DNA from: Thalia democratica
Taxonomy: Eukaryota
Direction: 5' to 3'
NCBI GenBank assembly: GCA_965202585.1
Contig: OZ241829.1
Coordinates: 48,174,001 to 48,238,000 of the forward strand
DNA length: 64,000 nucleotides
In this document: positions 1 to 14,065 of the stretch, one piece after another
Layout of the letters: every line of letters begins with the position of its first letter
Numbering within the stretch: position 1 is the stretch's first letter
Notes under the pieces: generated by a model
Told to the model about the DNA's origin: nothing
The model's input: the letters and a program-made list of their open reading frames with translations, nothing else
The model's database searches: none
Translations under genes and position numbers: made by a program

Positions 1-653
1 ATAAGCTAAAATATAAAGATGAATATTAACAATTTATGTGGGTTAGTTTTCAAACTTACTTACTTGACGACAACCATTGGTGTTTAAATTAGCTAAATAA
101 GACCTTAAGCTTTTTAATAATTTTTATTTTGAAAAAGTTTTACTAAAATGAAAAAAAAAACAAGTTTATTAAATAAAGTAATTAATTTTTAAGAGTTCTT
201 AGACGTATGTTGAACTAACAATATTTCAATATAAAACTAGCGCCGTAAAGATATTTTGAGCTTTTAACCCAAAATAGTTAAACTAAAATAAATTTTCAAA
301 ATAGTATTTAGTTTAACTTTTAGCTAGATAAATAAAAATGTTACTTATTTTAAAATTAGTTTACAAGTTGAATTTTTTTTAGTTTATCATTACAACTAGG
401 GTGCTGGACAGTAGTTGTATTTATTTCTTATTTTCATAAATTTTTATTTATGTATATTCTATTCTATGCGATTGTTCTGTGTAGAGTTCATGTTAAAAAA
501 AAAACTCTGGAACAATTTTTTAGTTTGTAATAGTTTAAAGTTCTATGATGAACTTAAAGTTTAATGTGTACTATTTTAAACAAAAGTTTGCTATAAGTTA
601 AAAGAGACAAATAAAAACTGGCTGTCCTATAATATAAATCAATTAAAACAGGC

Positions 654-775
654 TGTCCTGGACAAGACGTTAAAAGGTATCCAAGTGGTGTGCGACTCGA
701 TAACCGAAAGGTTTTTTCGTTCATCAGGTCTTAGGACCAAATATTTTGAGTGATTTTATTTTTGTCGTTTAATAA
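654..775 (+). repeat. Structured ~120-bp repeat family, copy 1 (full length)
   Basis: TGTCCTGGACAAGAC...GGTGTGCGA-CTCGAT-AACC-GAAA-GGTT-TTT-TCGTTCATC-AGGTCTTAGGACC-AAATATTTTGAG-T-rich-GTCGTTTAATAA; aligns by eye with six other copies. Confidence 0.9.
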
Positions 776-3075
776 ACAATATACTTACTATTATAGAAAA
801 TAACTATAACAAAATAAATACTTTTTTGAAAAATTTAAGTTCATTTACTTTTTGATATCTTCTATGACAATTCTGCCATGAATTATTTATTAAATATGTT
901 GATTTAACTAGGATGATATACGCATGATAAGAACTCCTAAAAAAATACACAATAACTGTAACCTCTCATTGAAGATGCAAACTAATGACTTAAAAAAGTA
1001 TATTGTGAAAATAAACCACGTCATTATACAATAAGTTTAACTGATAAAAGTAAATTTGATTTTAAGTAGCAGATTTTTAAATAATTGACAAAAGTAGAGT
1101 AATAGTTCTGATCAAAATTTTTTTTGTTTAAATCAAAGCTTTAAACCAGCGACTCTTAACAAAGGTAAATTCCTTTGTTTTAGGGGTAAATTTTCTTAAT
1201 TACAAGTTATGTAAATTAATGTTTATTAATTGTCTTTTTAATTTACAAGTCAATATTTGACTTTAATTTTTCTAAAGTTAAATAAAAACTTTAAATTTTA
1301 CGAATTTTTATGTTTGATAAGCTTAAAGTCTAAGAAATCTAGTTTTTTCCTCAAAAAAAAAACACTCTTTTGTATACTGGGAGTAAATTTGGTAACAACC
1401 TTCCAAAAAGGGGTAAAACATGAAAAAAAGGTTAAGAACGGTTGCTTTAAACGAAAAAAGATAATGGTTGCATAATGTTTTAAAACCATCAACAATTAGT
1501 AAACATAAATAAACTATTTGACCCAATGTTTGCAAATACTTTTGTTGACTAAACAAAAAACATTAATTATTATAGTTTAAGTCAACCAGTGCGACATAAG
1601 TCTATAGTTTTAAATGAGTTCATGGTCATTACAAAAATATTTTATGTTAATTCATTATCATCAAATCTCCTGAGTATTAAACTGTTTTTAAATTTATAGG
1701 CCTATTTAAAGATGCATTGTGAATTAAGTCAAAGATTTCACATAAATAATAGTGAAAAAGTTTATTTTTTTTATGGCACGAGTAAAGTGTTGCAATATAT
1801 TTTCTGCATAAAATTAAATAAATAAGTATTAAACATTAGTTAAAACTAAATCTTGTTGATTAATAACAATGTAAGGTTGTGATAAAATTAATTTTAAAGT
1901 TTAGATTTTCTAAACAAAAAATAAAATGATTATAGTAAAAAAAATGTTTAGTTTTTACTTTTTGTATCTTTTAACCAAACTAAACGTATACTTTATTTAA
2001 TGCAGTTTGATTGGCATATACAAACAATATCAATATGAAAACTTTAACACCATATGGTTTTGTATATAAGAAATATACTAAAATATAAGATTGGTATACA
2101 TATGTTTTAATTATAACAAAATCTTCAAAGTTCTCTAGTTTACTTTCACTATCAATTGTAACTATTTTCATCCTGAAACTTCAACAGCATCTTACAAGAC
2201 CGAATTTTTTTAAAATTTGCAAGTAAAAAGTTACAACCTAAAAGAAACGAGAGATAACTGTAAAAAGTTTTATTTACTTTTACTTATCATGTCACTAAAT
2301 GTTAATAAATAACTTACTGTGACGTTATCTAACTTTTAAATGTTTCTCAATTCAAAGTAAACCTTTTACAAATCAGATGTACACAAACAATTATTACAAG
2401 CTATTAAATGAACAAGAAATGTGAAGCGTTTTGTCTTTATTAAAGCTTTACTTTTCAAAACAGTTTAAATACTTTCTTTAATAACAGCAATAATTTATTG
2501 ATGACAAACGAAAGCACAAACAGTTTAGGCTTTTTTACAACTCTTCAGAATAGTGAGTTTTGTTTGTTTTATTTAATAATTTGTTCTTAACTAATATTGT
2601 TGTAACTTAATTTTAAAATACCCTAGTATAAACTTATATTGATAAAGACTATATTTTAAGTAAGTATAAGCTCTTTAGTATAATACTAAATATTTTTATA
2701 GTCATTTTATGGCAATCTGTTTAAGATATAGTAACTTTTAAAAGTAGTTTTGTTATATTCAAATGATGTATTTAATGATGTTCTTTTTCAAAATTAACTT
2801 TATTTTATTAATAATTCATGAATTTATTCTCTCAAGAAATTATTTTACAAACTAAGTTTCAGTCAAAGACCTCGTCAGTGCTTAAATAATTCTTATCCAA
2901 GTAGTTGAGATCTCTTTATTTGTTTTCTTAAAACCAAAACATATAATATTAATAATTTATTGATAATATTTAATTCAAGAACATTTTTAAGTAAAACTAT
3001 TGGTCAAGATAAAAGTGTTATTGGAGTGTATTTTGATAGTTTATTATGATAATATTCTGTTCAGATGCATTTTCT

Positions 3076-3190
3076 TGTCCTGGACAAGACGTAAAAAGGT
3101 ATCCGTGGTGTGCGACTCGATAACTAAAAGTTTCTTCGTTCACCAGGTCCTAGGACCAAATATTTTGAGCGTTTTTTTTTTGTTTAATAA
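3076..3190 (+). repeat. Structured repeat family, copy 2
   Basis: Same 5' boundary TGTCCTGGAC, central hairpin, GGTCCTAGGACC palindrome, ATTTTGAGCG then T-run. Confidence 0.9.
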
Positions 3191-4274
3191 ATTATGGTAA
3201 CCATGTGATCCAAATTTAAAAGCCTACTTTCAAGCTAATTTTAGAAATCAAATATTTTGTTATAAGTATTATACTTTCGTTTATGTTGAAAATTTTTTGT
3301 TCTTATTTTTAAATATACTGTAAGATATTTTTGAACAAGCTACAAACTTTTATAGACAATGAAAATGTAAGTTTAATTGAGAAAAACAACGATGTTAGAA
3401 TATTTCTGTACACATACGGATTTGTTTTAAAAATTTGTTCTATGTATTTACTTACTGCAATGGCTTACTTTCAATATATTACAAACAAAAATGAAACCAA
3501 ATCACAAAGAAAAATATCAAAGAAAAGCGACTCTAGATTTAAAAAAGGTAACGTTTATAAATCAATATCAACTATATGAAAATTAAAGCTTCACTTAAGC
3601 GAAACTTTATATCTGCAATAAAATGTTTATCAAAAGTCAATCATACCAAAATAAACTATATACTAGATAAAATATTTACAATTAAAATCTAATTTATCAT
3701 TGAACAGTTCACATTGTTACAAAAACTTTATTTTTATTTTTATTTTTATTTTTTAGTGAAACTTATTTAGATCTTTTGTTTTTTATTTTAATTTTTTCTA
3801 AAAAACAAGTTGATTACACTATGATGTTCTTATAAATTCACTATTTGTTAAATCTATGTTGTAACTTTCGTTTTTATATTTTTGTTTTTAACTTTTTAAT
3901 TGACTTACTTCCATAAAATTTATACCATAGATTTTTGAAATTAACTTAACTATGTTAAATTTGAAAGTTATTACTTATATAGTCAAGTAACAGGTAATCA
4001 AAGTTTACAATTTTTTACAAAATATAACATTAAGTGTCAAAAATAAAAATAAAAGATTAGAGTCACCTTGTACTTAGTTTTAAAAAAATATTGTAAAGTG
4101 CGTAGTTACGCGACAATATATTGTTGTTAGCACTTATAATAAAATCGTGCTGCCCTTTATACTTGATTGAGGTATAGATTAAAAAACTTTAAACAAAGTT
4201 TAATCATGGCACACACAAAAAACTAGTAATAGTTGCTTAAAAAAGGTTAATTATGTAAAAATAAAAGCTATAAT

Positions 4275-4394
4275 TGTCCTGGACAAGACATTGAAAGGTA
4301 TCCATTGTGTATGAATCGATAAACGAAAGGTTCTTCGTGCACCAGGTCCTAGGACCAAACATTTTGAGCGTTTTTTTTTTTTGTCGTTTAATAA
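4275..4394 (+). repeat. Structured repeat family, copy 3
   Basis: Same 5' boundary, hairpin, palindrome and T-run. Confidence 0.9.
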
Positions 4395-4592
4395 TTTAAT
4401 AGCTATAATGATATCAATTAAAGTTAAAGATCAAGTAAAAACTAATAATAGCATAAAATTAGACTCCAAAAATAACTCGACCTATATATCAAAAAAACAA
4501 CAAGTCAAACAAAATAAGTTTTAATATAAAACCACAATACCAACTGAGTTCAGTCACGGAATATTTCTCAGTGTAACTAACAAATCACTACT

Positions 4593-5213
4593 GTCGAATT
4601 TGCACTAGCGCACAAAATTGCACGAAGCACAAGCAAACAATTTTGCACGGAGATATTTTTACACGGGTTAATTTTTTTTAATATATACATAGTTTTTTTT
4701 CCAATATTTTTTTTTCTTTTTTTTTTATCACTGTTACTCCTTACCATAGATCAATAATTTTTTTTTTAAATTAAATTTTCTATTTTTATTACTATTTTTT
4801 TTACTATAACTGTTACCCCTAACCCTTATCCTCGGTCGGTAGCCTTTTTTTTATTAAATTTGTTAATTTAATTTAACTTTTATTTTTACTATCATTATTA
4901 CCTCTAACCCTTACCCTCGGTCAAGGTCTAACTTTTTTTTTTTAGTTTATCTTATAGTTATTTTTTTCTGTTTATATTACTTTTTATTTCTGTTTTTTTT
5001 ACTCTCGTGCAAAAATGTAACACGTGCAAAATTGACCTTTGGTCCAAAATTGTCTTCGTGCAATTTTGTGCTTCGTGCAAATTTGTCTTCGTGCAAAGGT
5101 ATCTTCGTGCAATTTTGTGCAATCGTACAATTTTGTTTTCGTGCAATTTAGTCCTAATGTGCAACTTAATAACCTCGTGCAGTTTTGTCTTCGTGCAATT
5201 TTGACCCGTTTCC
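4593..5213. mobile_element. Non-autonomous TIR element with inverted arrays of a ~15-bp unit (CTTCGTGCAATTTTG); Mutator-like MITE
   Basis: CAAAATTGCACGAAG units at ~4595-4660 face CTTCGTGCAATTTTG units at ~5005-5203; right end GACCCGTTTCC; left end degraded, no TSD found. Confidence 0.6.
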
Positions 5214-5457
5214 ATTTTACTATTTAAATATTATTAACTTTTTTTATACATTGTTTGCCGTAGTATTTACCTATTAGAATAGTACTTTTTCAACTTTTTG
5301 CTCATTAAGCTACTTTAAAAATTAATATTTATACAACGAGTATTATAAACTTTCACCCAACTTTTTACTTTAATATTCTATTTTTTCTGTATCACTTGTC
5401 AGAGTTCTTCAATTTGATAATTTGTCTGTTAATAACAATGACCTATCTACTTATACG

Positions 5458-5545
5458 GTGGTGTATCACTCGATGACTGAGAGGTTTTTTCGTACACCCA
5501 GGTCTTTGGACTAAAAATTTTTTGAGCATCTTCGTTTTTTGTTAG
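5458..5545 (+). repeat. Structured repeat family, copy 4 (5'-truncated)
   Basis: GGTGTATCA-CTCGAT-GACT-GAGA-GGTT-TTT-TCGTACACC hairpin followed by GGTCTTTGGAC and TTTTGAGC. Confidence 0.8.
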
Positions 5546-7317
5546 TTTTAAATAAATATATATAAAAGTTTATAATTAAAAACACCTACTTGCCTACACA
5601 AAGTCTTAAAATATTATTAATTATTTAATGTACAAAAGTTTTATACTTAAAAAAAAGTTTTCAGTTCTAACAAGTTTTTTTCATTATTAAAACTTTGTAA
5701 ATTTTTATTCGTGTACGTGTATGCGAATAAATTTTACTTACACTAGTTACAATGATCGATACTAAAAAATTGGCAGAAAATAAAATTCAAGCGGAAAGTT
5801 AAATTTAGTCTACATAGAAAGTATCACAACAGAATTTTCAGTGAAATAACTGTTACTAACTAAGCAGGATTTGTTTGTTATGTTGAAAATTCTAACTTGT
5901 TCTACTTTTGGATTTATATGAGTCTTATGTTTGTACACTTGCATTTGGATAAGAAAGTTGCTTCCACCGCGCTTAAAATTTTACTAATTTTTAAGACATG
6001 TTGTATGTAAAAGTAGTACTACTCTAAAAACTTGACATTACGAGTAGTTTAGTGATTACAAAAACACTTTTTTGAGCTATATAATAGAATATTTCTAATT
6101 CTTAAAATAGTTAAAGTCAAAAAAAACGAAATTAAATTTTATAAAAAAAACAATGAAATATAAACATATATTTAACAATTTAAATCAAATATTTAAAATA
6201 TGCTTTAAAGAATTAAAATATGACATATTAAGTTTTTATAATTGTAAAATTTGAATTTGAAATAAACAAAATTAGAAAAAAACAGTACAAATTAGTTTAA
6301 GCTTATACAAACCAGTGTTTATGATTTTTTATAAAGTTTATCGCTAATCGATTTTTTTAAACTGCAAAAACTCTACAAAGAGTAACCTTTTTAAACTAGT
6401 GCATATTAGTCTGTACAAACTCTTAATGACACTAACGTTGTTTTATCCCACTGTCTATCAATACAGTCTTTACATTTTTCATATAAAGAGTTTTTCTGAA
6501 ACAATTTAATCACTACTATTTTTTTCACAATCGGTGTAGCTCAGATACATGTAACCTTAGTTTTCTCTCAAACCATGACCGAAACTATGTTTAGCAAGTA
6601 CCTATTAGTGTCGTTGATTTTTGACCGCATTTCTTATTGTAGAATTTCCACGAAGGCCTGATGGATCAATTTTTTCAAGAATTATTTTTGTTTAATTTTT
6701 TACAGTCCTACAAAGAACAGCTTTTGCAGCTTTCAAACTTTCCCTCTTTAAATGACCAATATTACTAAATTTTGATAAACACTGATATTTTCTAACCTCG
6801 AGTTTAAAACGTGTCGATCTCAAGACATAAAAAATTGCTTACAAAAACCTCAAAACACTTTTTTTTTCATCCAAAGAAACTTATTTAAGTATGTTATTAG
6901 TAGTTTACTGTATGTGTTCTAGCCTGGGAAAAAAAGTGAGATTTTGGTTTAGTTTTTTAATTACTCTAATGTCAATACACACTTGAATTGTCTTAAAAGC
7001 ACTCTAGCTAGATCTAATAAACAAAAATTACACAAGTTGAAAATAAAAATATTTCAGTTCTAGTGTTCTCATACTAATTTTCTGACTTTTCAGTAGCTCT
7101 CTACCATTAAAAAAGGCAATAAACTATTTATTTTCTGTAAGGTAGTTTACCTAATTTTGTGTAGTTTTAAATCACATGCTAATTTTAATGTTAAAAAATG
7201 CAACATTTTTGGACAACTTTTGACTTTAAAAAAATCAAAAATTTGCTGCTTTTGAACTTACCTAACTAATGTGTGTTTTATTATTACAACTTGAATTATA
7301 AACATGAAACAAAACAG

Positions 7318-9680
7318 CTCTAAAATGGAAACTGAATGAGTTTTGTCTATTGACATGTTTTTTCGGATTTCTTACGAGTATGATGGATTCACCGATTGCC
7401 TCTTTAAATAAAACATCAAATTTGGCTTGCAAAATTTTACAAGTTAGTTAAAAGATTATGTTGTAAAACACGTGATTACTAACTAAAAACAAATTAGTAA
7501 TAATAATGGCATGCTTAACTTTTTTTTGATTAAATATAAGAATTGATATTTTTAGAAATATAGTACTTTACAATTCTATTCTTGATATATTTTTTTTTTG
7601 CTAAGAAAATGGCTCGTTAATAATTTTAAATACTTTTTTATTTTAAAAGTTTTATCGAATCAAAAACGTATGTGTTGTAACTTTTTGTTATCTTGATTAT
7701 TAAAATAAAAAATGAAGCATCAATTTAAATTATACCGCAAAGTATTTTTTCTATAACTAACTTTAAGTTGCGTTTTTGTTTTTCACACGACGACATGCAC
7801 AATAACTTTTTTAAGGTTATAACACAAACGCTTTATAAATATTACCAATCGTTTTTTCTCAAAATGTACGAACTTTTTTTTTGTAAAGTATTAAATTAAA
7901 AAAATATTTAAATTACATATATATAGTACATGATATTATAGCATATGCAGTTATCTTTATAAACAATTTTAAATCGATAAATTATGAGAAAAGATAAAAC
8001 GATTGAAACTAAAATGCACTAAAGCATTTTTATTTTATAAGCTTAGAAATTATTCAAAAACTGCATAGGGAGCATCAACATTTTTGTATTCTTTGGGAAC
8101 TCTTTCTTTGTACATATTTTTGTGGTTGAGGCAGCGAGCTTGTTATAGAAACAGATCACTACGTGTTTTGCAAAGTCGTCTTACCAACTTACTAAGCAAA
8201 TTTGTATTACCTATCTACATTGCCCTAAAAACTGTAGGTAGTATCATACTGGTTTAACTTGTAGTAATTTCTATTAAAATATATAAAGTACATATTTACA
8301 AAAATCTAGTAGGCTTCTTTTAATTTTATTTACAGCTACTTAATTCCATTTCTATGTTTCTATATATTAGTACAAACGTCAACAAAACTTTATAGAACTT
8401 TTGTCTGAAAAAATAAAAACTATTTAATTAACTAGTTTTAGTCCGGATCAAGGGTGTCGCGTGAAGTGGAGCATTGGAGTAGATGCTCTACCTAAAAGAT
8501 ACTTAAAAATTATCACAATGTTTTAAAATTGAAAAATATTTTATGCTTTAAATAAAATTTTGTATACAAACGATTTGTTATAGTACTTTTATCTTGCTAA
8601 ACTAGTTTTACAAAATATCAAACTAGGTTTTTTTTTAATACTTGTGAATTTTTGGCACCCCTAACAAAAACTTCACGCGTTCCCATTGGTCCGGATCGGG
8701 ACTCATTGTTTAAAAAAAATATTTAATTTTGAATTGCTTATTGATAAACAAAAATAAACACTAAAAATAATTCAGATATATAAATTAACTTTTATTAAGG
8801 GTTAATTATTGTATATAGTTAGTTTAAATATTTTGTTTTATTCAAAGTTTTTACTCATTTAAAAACTTAGCTCATCTAAGTTGTTAACATATAATCATTA
8901 TCAGGGATTATTTTGACTTGTACAGTCTGGGATTTTGAAACAAGTCTAGAAGGATGCTTGGAAACTTCTCACTCTCAAACGCCTATAATTGTTATGTACG
9001 TGGCATCGGTAGTAATGCACTCTGTTCTTTTAACTTTATTTCTCAAACCTCTCAAACACCATATTTCTTTCGCACCAAAAAATTTAAATATTTCCGATGG
9101 AATGTGAGTTTTATCATATTGTACTTTAAACCGGCATTTCATTTTTGTACTGTATATATTTTACAGCTTACTTAGTAATTTTTAATGTAATTTTTTTTTA
9201 ATGTATATTTAAAATACTCAGTCAAATATATATTTAAAAGTATAACTTATGCATCAAAAAAATAAAAATAAAGTTTTGTTATGCAGTAAAGGTAAAGATA
9301 ACCGGTTAAAGAAATTAGTACGAAGATGTGTTATATCTACAGCTTTATGTGTGGCAACTGATACATTATCTTTCATAGTATCTATGGTGATACCATCAGA
9401 TTTGATAACAAAATCAATTGTTATCAATTACATTTATGATACTGACTTGATCTTAAACATAGTTTTTATTAACGGATCGTTTGCTAATTGGAACAAGAGA
9501 CTGTGGCCTTGGAAACTAAATTCAACTATTGATGAAATAGACAACAATGTTGACTACGTTTCAACTATGACACGTTCGTCAACACCTGCAGCTTCGGCTC
9601 CTATTGCTTACAAACCAATTAAAAAAGTTAACAAAGATGAAAGTATCGAAAATAACCAGGAAATAATTTTTGTTAACTAA
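7318..9680 (+). CDS. Orphan seven-transmembrane GPCR-like protein (TM2-TM7 and C-tail; 5' exons unresolved)
   Basis: Phase-consistent GT-AG exons 7318-7442, 8069-8237, 8905-9103, 9287-9680 read ...LTCFFGFLTSMMDSP..NLACKILQ|GASTFLYSLGTLSLYIFLWLRQRACY...IALKTV|GIILTCTVWDFETSLEGC...|...RRCVISTALCVATD...YDTDLILNIVFINGSFANWNKRLWPW. Cys at the top of TM3 and in ECL2, and hydrophobic helices at 7TM spacing. Confidence 0.75.
8441..8696. mobile_element. Small MITE in GPCR intron
   Basis: Imperfect inverted ends GTCCGGATCAAGGGTGTCGCGTGAAG / CTTCACGCGTTCCCATTGGTCCGGAT. Confidence 0.55.
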
Positions 9681-11294
9681 AAAAACTAAATCTATTTACT
9701 ATTCTGAACTATTACTAAACTGAATGAAGGCTGAGATAAAAACATTATAAATTTTAGCGACGAGTTGTACTTATGAATTTATTTTAGACTTGCATATATA
9801 GTAATTCTACAAGAACCATACTTTAAATGTCTATCTAGGTGAGATGAAACCAAAAAAGCATCTTCAATTATTTTCTAAAAAAATTGTTACAACGGATTTG
9901 AATTTTAATGAAATTAGTAATAAAATTAGTAGTGCACAGATATTGCAAGAATGTTTAATAAATCTATTTTTGAAAGAATTGAAATTAACTCATTTAAAAT
10001 TTTGATAAAGTTAATACAAAAACTTTATATCAATTTTGAAACACTAAATGTAATGAGATTATTATAATGTTATCAACAGTTTGAGAATATTTTTAAGATA
10101 TATATATAAAACTGGATAGCATAAAGTTTTCCTTTATCTATTTATAAAATTATCATTGTTAATTTCATTACGTTTATGTACTTATGTGGTTCACTAAATT
10201 TTTACTTTTTTTTTGGTCATAGAAACACGTTTGAATATTGTTTTTAATTTTTTTTTAGAACTTTTTAGTTTAACTTCAAACTAACTGTAGTTATAACTAC
10301 TGGTGCTTCATTTTGTTTATTTTGATATAAAAGCTGTTCGCAGTGAATTTTTTCAAAAATAATAGCATTTACACTTTTCAAGTAGTTAAATGTAATTGAA
10401 AAGTACGAAAAATCTTACTTTACGATAACTTGCTTAAAACATATATTTTCATATGAATGAATTAAAACATATATTTATAAACAATTATCTGTATATATGA
10501 AATTGTTTAAAAATAGTACGCATGAATTTTTAAAACATTTTAAAAAATAAATTAAAAAAGTAAGTAAGTATAACTTGAGTTAAAAAATATAAAAAAACCT
10601 TTATTTATACAATACACAAGTATTTTCTTAAGCAGTATTACGTATATAAATAAATATTTTTATGTAGATTCATAGTTTGATTCATTCAAGTTTGATTGGA
10701 TGACTATTGTATGTAACTAAATTATATCATTTGTTAACTATTTACAAATTTTATTTTTTGATAACAAACGCAGATTTATCTACAACTAACAAAACAAAAC
10801 TACTTCTTCAAAAGCTTATCTGTCGAAAAATTGTATATTTAAGTTCATTAAAATTTATAAACTCAGTAATTTATTTTTAAAAGTTATTAAACAACTCTAT
10901 ATAGTTTTTTGATTTAACATTTACCAATATAGAGAAAAAGCTATTTCAGTTATTTTTTTAAAGTTTCAATAAAAATATTTAATACAAACTATGTTATAAA
11001 CCAGTTCGGTTTGTTTTTTTGCTCTAAAAAAAAACCTTTAAGAAATAACATTTTATTTACAATTTTTTTAAGAATGATATTTTGTCATTTAAACTAGTCT
11101 TAAATGTTAATTTGAGCTTGTCTCACGGTATATGTAATACCACGCGTTGACTCTGTTAGACTCTCATTGATGTTTTCTTTAATTGTAAATAATACAATAA
11201 TAATAATCTAACAACAACAATAAAATTAAAACAACTAGTAAATGCATCTAAAATAGCACAGACTTACTACTAGACACTTTTTTGTATTACTTCA

Positions 11295-13112
11295 GGGTTC
11301 GTGCGCATCAGGCTAAATCAGTTTTTTTGGTAAAAGTTGAAAAACATCAGGCTAAGTCAGTTTTTTTAGTTAAAAATTTAAGAATCTAAGTTTTTCTCAG
11401 TACAAATGCTAGAAAACTATTGATTAAAATAATTGAGAAATTTTTTTAAAGAAAAAGAAAAAGTTATTTCTAAATATAAATTTAATTATATAAAAAAAAC
11501 AGTCAGTATCTATTAAAACAAAAGTTCTATTTTCTATTTCTGAGTTTCTAATAGAAATTTAAGTATCTTTTTTACCTTGATTTGAGTAGATTATTTACGT
11601 CATGATTATGAAAGTTTATTAAGAATTATACGATTTAAACATTACATTCAAATTCAGACAATTCAAATTCCGACTATTTAAATTCTGATTTATAAATCAA
11701 AACTCAATTGTTGATTTATTTTGATTTTTTTTTTACCATCATTATTATAATAATCAGACCTATGTGTGCATTTTTCTTTTTTTGAAATTCAAACTTTTTG
11801 TCAAGATATAACTTGAAACTTTAATTTTTTTTTTACTATTCTCTTAATAAAGTTTTTATTACAAGAATAATTTATATTTTATTTATTTATTATCATATTT
11901 TTTTTAATCAAATCTATGTACCTGTTTTTATTACTCTCAACTTCAGTTTATGTTTAGAAATCTAGCTAATTTAAACAAATCTTTAGAATTTGAGTTGTAA
12001 GAATTTCAATTGACCTAATTTGAATAGTCATGTAACCTAACAGCTAAATTACATCAACTTAGCTGTTGGTTTGAATTTGTTTACATCAGCTATGTTTTTC
12101 AAAGCTTAGCTAGTTTAATTGTTATATTTCCTAAAATAGAAACTCAATACCAAGTACACTTTAGACTAAAACTCATAGCAGTTTATTAATAATATGTTTT
12201 ACTGTTTGTTTATTAAAAATTATTAACAAGACTAACACATTCTGAACACAGCAGCTACTTACTAGAGTTTGTAACTAAGAATTTTTAGTCTTAATAAAAA
12301 GTATACTGACAGACTTTTTTTTAACTTGGTTCAAAATTTTGTAACTAATAAAAGATTCGTACAAAATTAGGGGAATTACTTAAAGATAAAAATGAGGGAA
12401 TTCTAGTTCAAATGATGTATATTTTACTAAAACTAGCATAGGTTTTCATTAGTTAAATAAAAAAAAACTACCGGTAGTTTAATAATAAAAATTATGGTTT
12501 AATTTAAAAAACTTTATTAAATATAATTGTTTTTTTTAGCCACAAATAAGAAATAAATTCTACAAATATTGGGAGTTCTGTAACAAGGCCAAATAGTATG
12601 AAATATTAACAGTTGGCCAAAAAATATTACAGGGCATTTATTCACATATTAATATGAATATTTAAAAAACAATTAATTTTTCAAATTCGAAATAATTCAA
12701 AATTGATAACAAATCTCTTTTTTTTCTAAGGGGCCCCACACTAAAAGTCAAACACCAACCCAATGGATTTTTTTTAGTTAAAAGCAAAGGACCGTTCTCT
12801 AGAATACAAAAAAAAATTAAATAGCTAACAAGATAAGGAAAACAATTGGGTCCAAAGTTTGGACATTTTAAAGATTCTTGAAAAACGTTATCAAGCCAAC
12901 TTCACACTTGTACTAAAATGTGTACTTAATGAAAGTGCGTAACATAAATGCGTACTTTTCAAAACATGCATATTAGAAATGCGCGCTCAAAATTCGTATT
13001 TAATGAAAAGTGAGTACTAAAAACAAGTATATAAGATGGAGGTAAACATCAGGCTAAATCGGTCAAATTTGTGAAATATCAGGCTAAATTTTTTTAATTT
13101 GCGCACGAACCC
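11295..13112. mobile_element. ~1.8-kb non-autonomous TIR element
   Basis: Perfect 13-bp TIR GGGTTCGTGCGCA / TGCGCACGAACCC; subterminal (C/T)ATCAGGCTAA repeats at both ends in the same orientation; both flanks share TTACTTC (degraded TSD). Confidence 0.75.
11641..12037. mobile_element. Mutator-like MITE (CAATTCAAATT family) nested in the 1.8-kb element
   Basis: Left ATTCAAATTCAGACAATTCAAATTCCGAC repeats; right end AATTTGAATAGTCATGTAACC matches the element at 35253-35684. Confidence 0.6.
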
Positions 13113-13132
13113 AGTTACTTCTACTACAAAAA

Positions 13133-13182
13133 CAGGTCCTACGACCAAACATTTTTAGCGTATTTTTTTGTCGTTCAATGAA
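13133..13182 (+). repeat. Structured repeat family, copy 5 (3' part only)
   Basis: CAGGTCCTACGACCAAACATTTTTAGCG-T-run-GTCGTTCAATGAA. Confidence 0.7.
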
Positions 13183-14065
13183 CTATACACATATATCACA
13201 AGTAATAAGGTATAGTCGTCTTCCATAAATTAAAAAAGAATTTAATGTGGTCACTGGTTTTTTAATTTCTTTTACGTTTTTATTTTATGCCAGATTTTGA
13301 AAGTTGCTTTTTTTTTTGACGATGTAGCCTATTTATACGGTAGTTTATTTACTTTCAAATTTGAATTGTCGAAACTTAAACTGTCATGCTACCGCAAAAC
13401 ATATCTGATATTCTACTTTCAGAGTGTTAACTCACTCAATCTTGAACTTTTGAAATAACAAAATCCACAGACTTTTTTAAATTTAAAATAATAATTTCAT
13501 TTAATGTAAAAAACCGCAAAACAAAACTAATTCAAAAAGTTACTACGTTAAGTCTGATAACTTTTGTTCTGAAAGGAGTTTAATTTTTTTTTTTTTTAAA
13601 TTCCCATATTTTGTATTCAATCTCATAAATTTAAAAGAATTCGTACTGACATTATTGCCTTAATTTTATTAAAATTACTCTTTACTATAAAAAACAATAC
13701 TTTATTTAGAAAGTAATTTACATGTTCATAATCTACTCAATGAAAAAAATTAGAATTAAGAAATTTAAAAGTTTACAGGCATTTGAACTTACAAAAATTG
13801 ACATTTTTACAAAAAACTGACTTATCCTGACGTGTACAAATCCTGCATACAGCATTTTTTTTAAATTTCTTAACCTTTCCTCCAAATAATTTTTTATTCC
13901 ATTATATCATTTATTAAAAACAAGCAAGTAACTGAGAAGGGATCCTGCTATTAAATAACTTGTACGTTTAAGTTTTCTATCAACATTTTAAGAAATGTAG
14001 CTTCACATTAAATATACGTATTACTATCATTTTTAAAAGAACAAAAAGTATAAAAAAATTTAGAC

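Noticed and set aside
700-735. CUGAUGA-AC-GAAA hammerhead-like core on the minus strand of structured repeat copy 1
   Set aside because: No stem II, poor stem I, and other copies read CUGGUGA or CUAGUGUA, so it is not conserved.
1257-3579. Short ORFs in the AT-rich start of the window and similar ones at 21256, 24577, 39896, 43462, 46191 and 48383
   Set aside because: Low-complexity K/F/L/I-rich translations, mostly with non-ATG starts or overlapping MITEs; no domain resemblance.
4958-5227. Three overlapping repetitive ORFs
   Set aside because: Translations of the 15-bp terminal repeat array.
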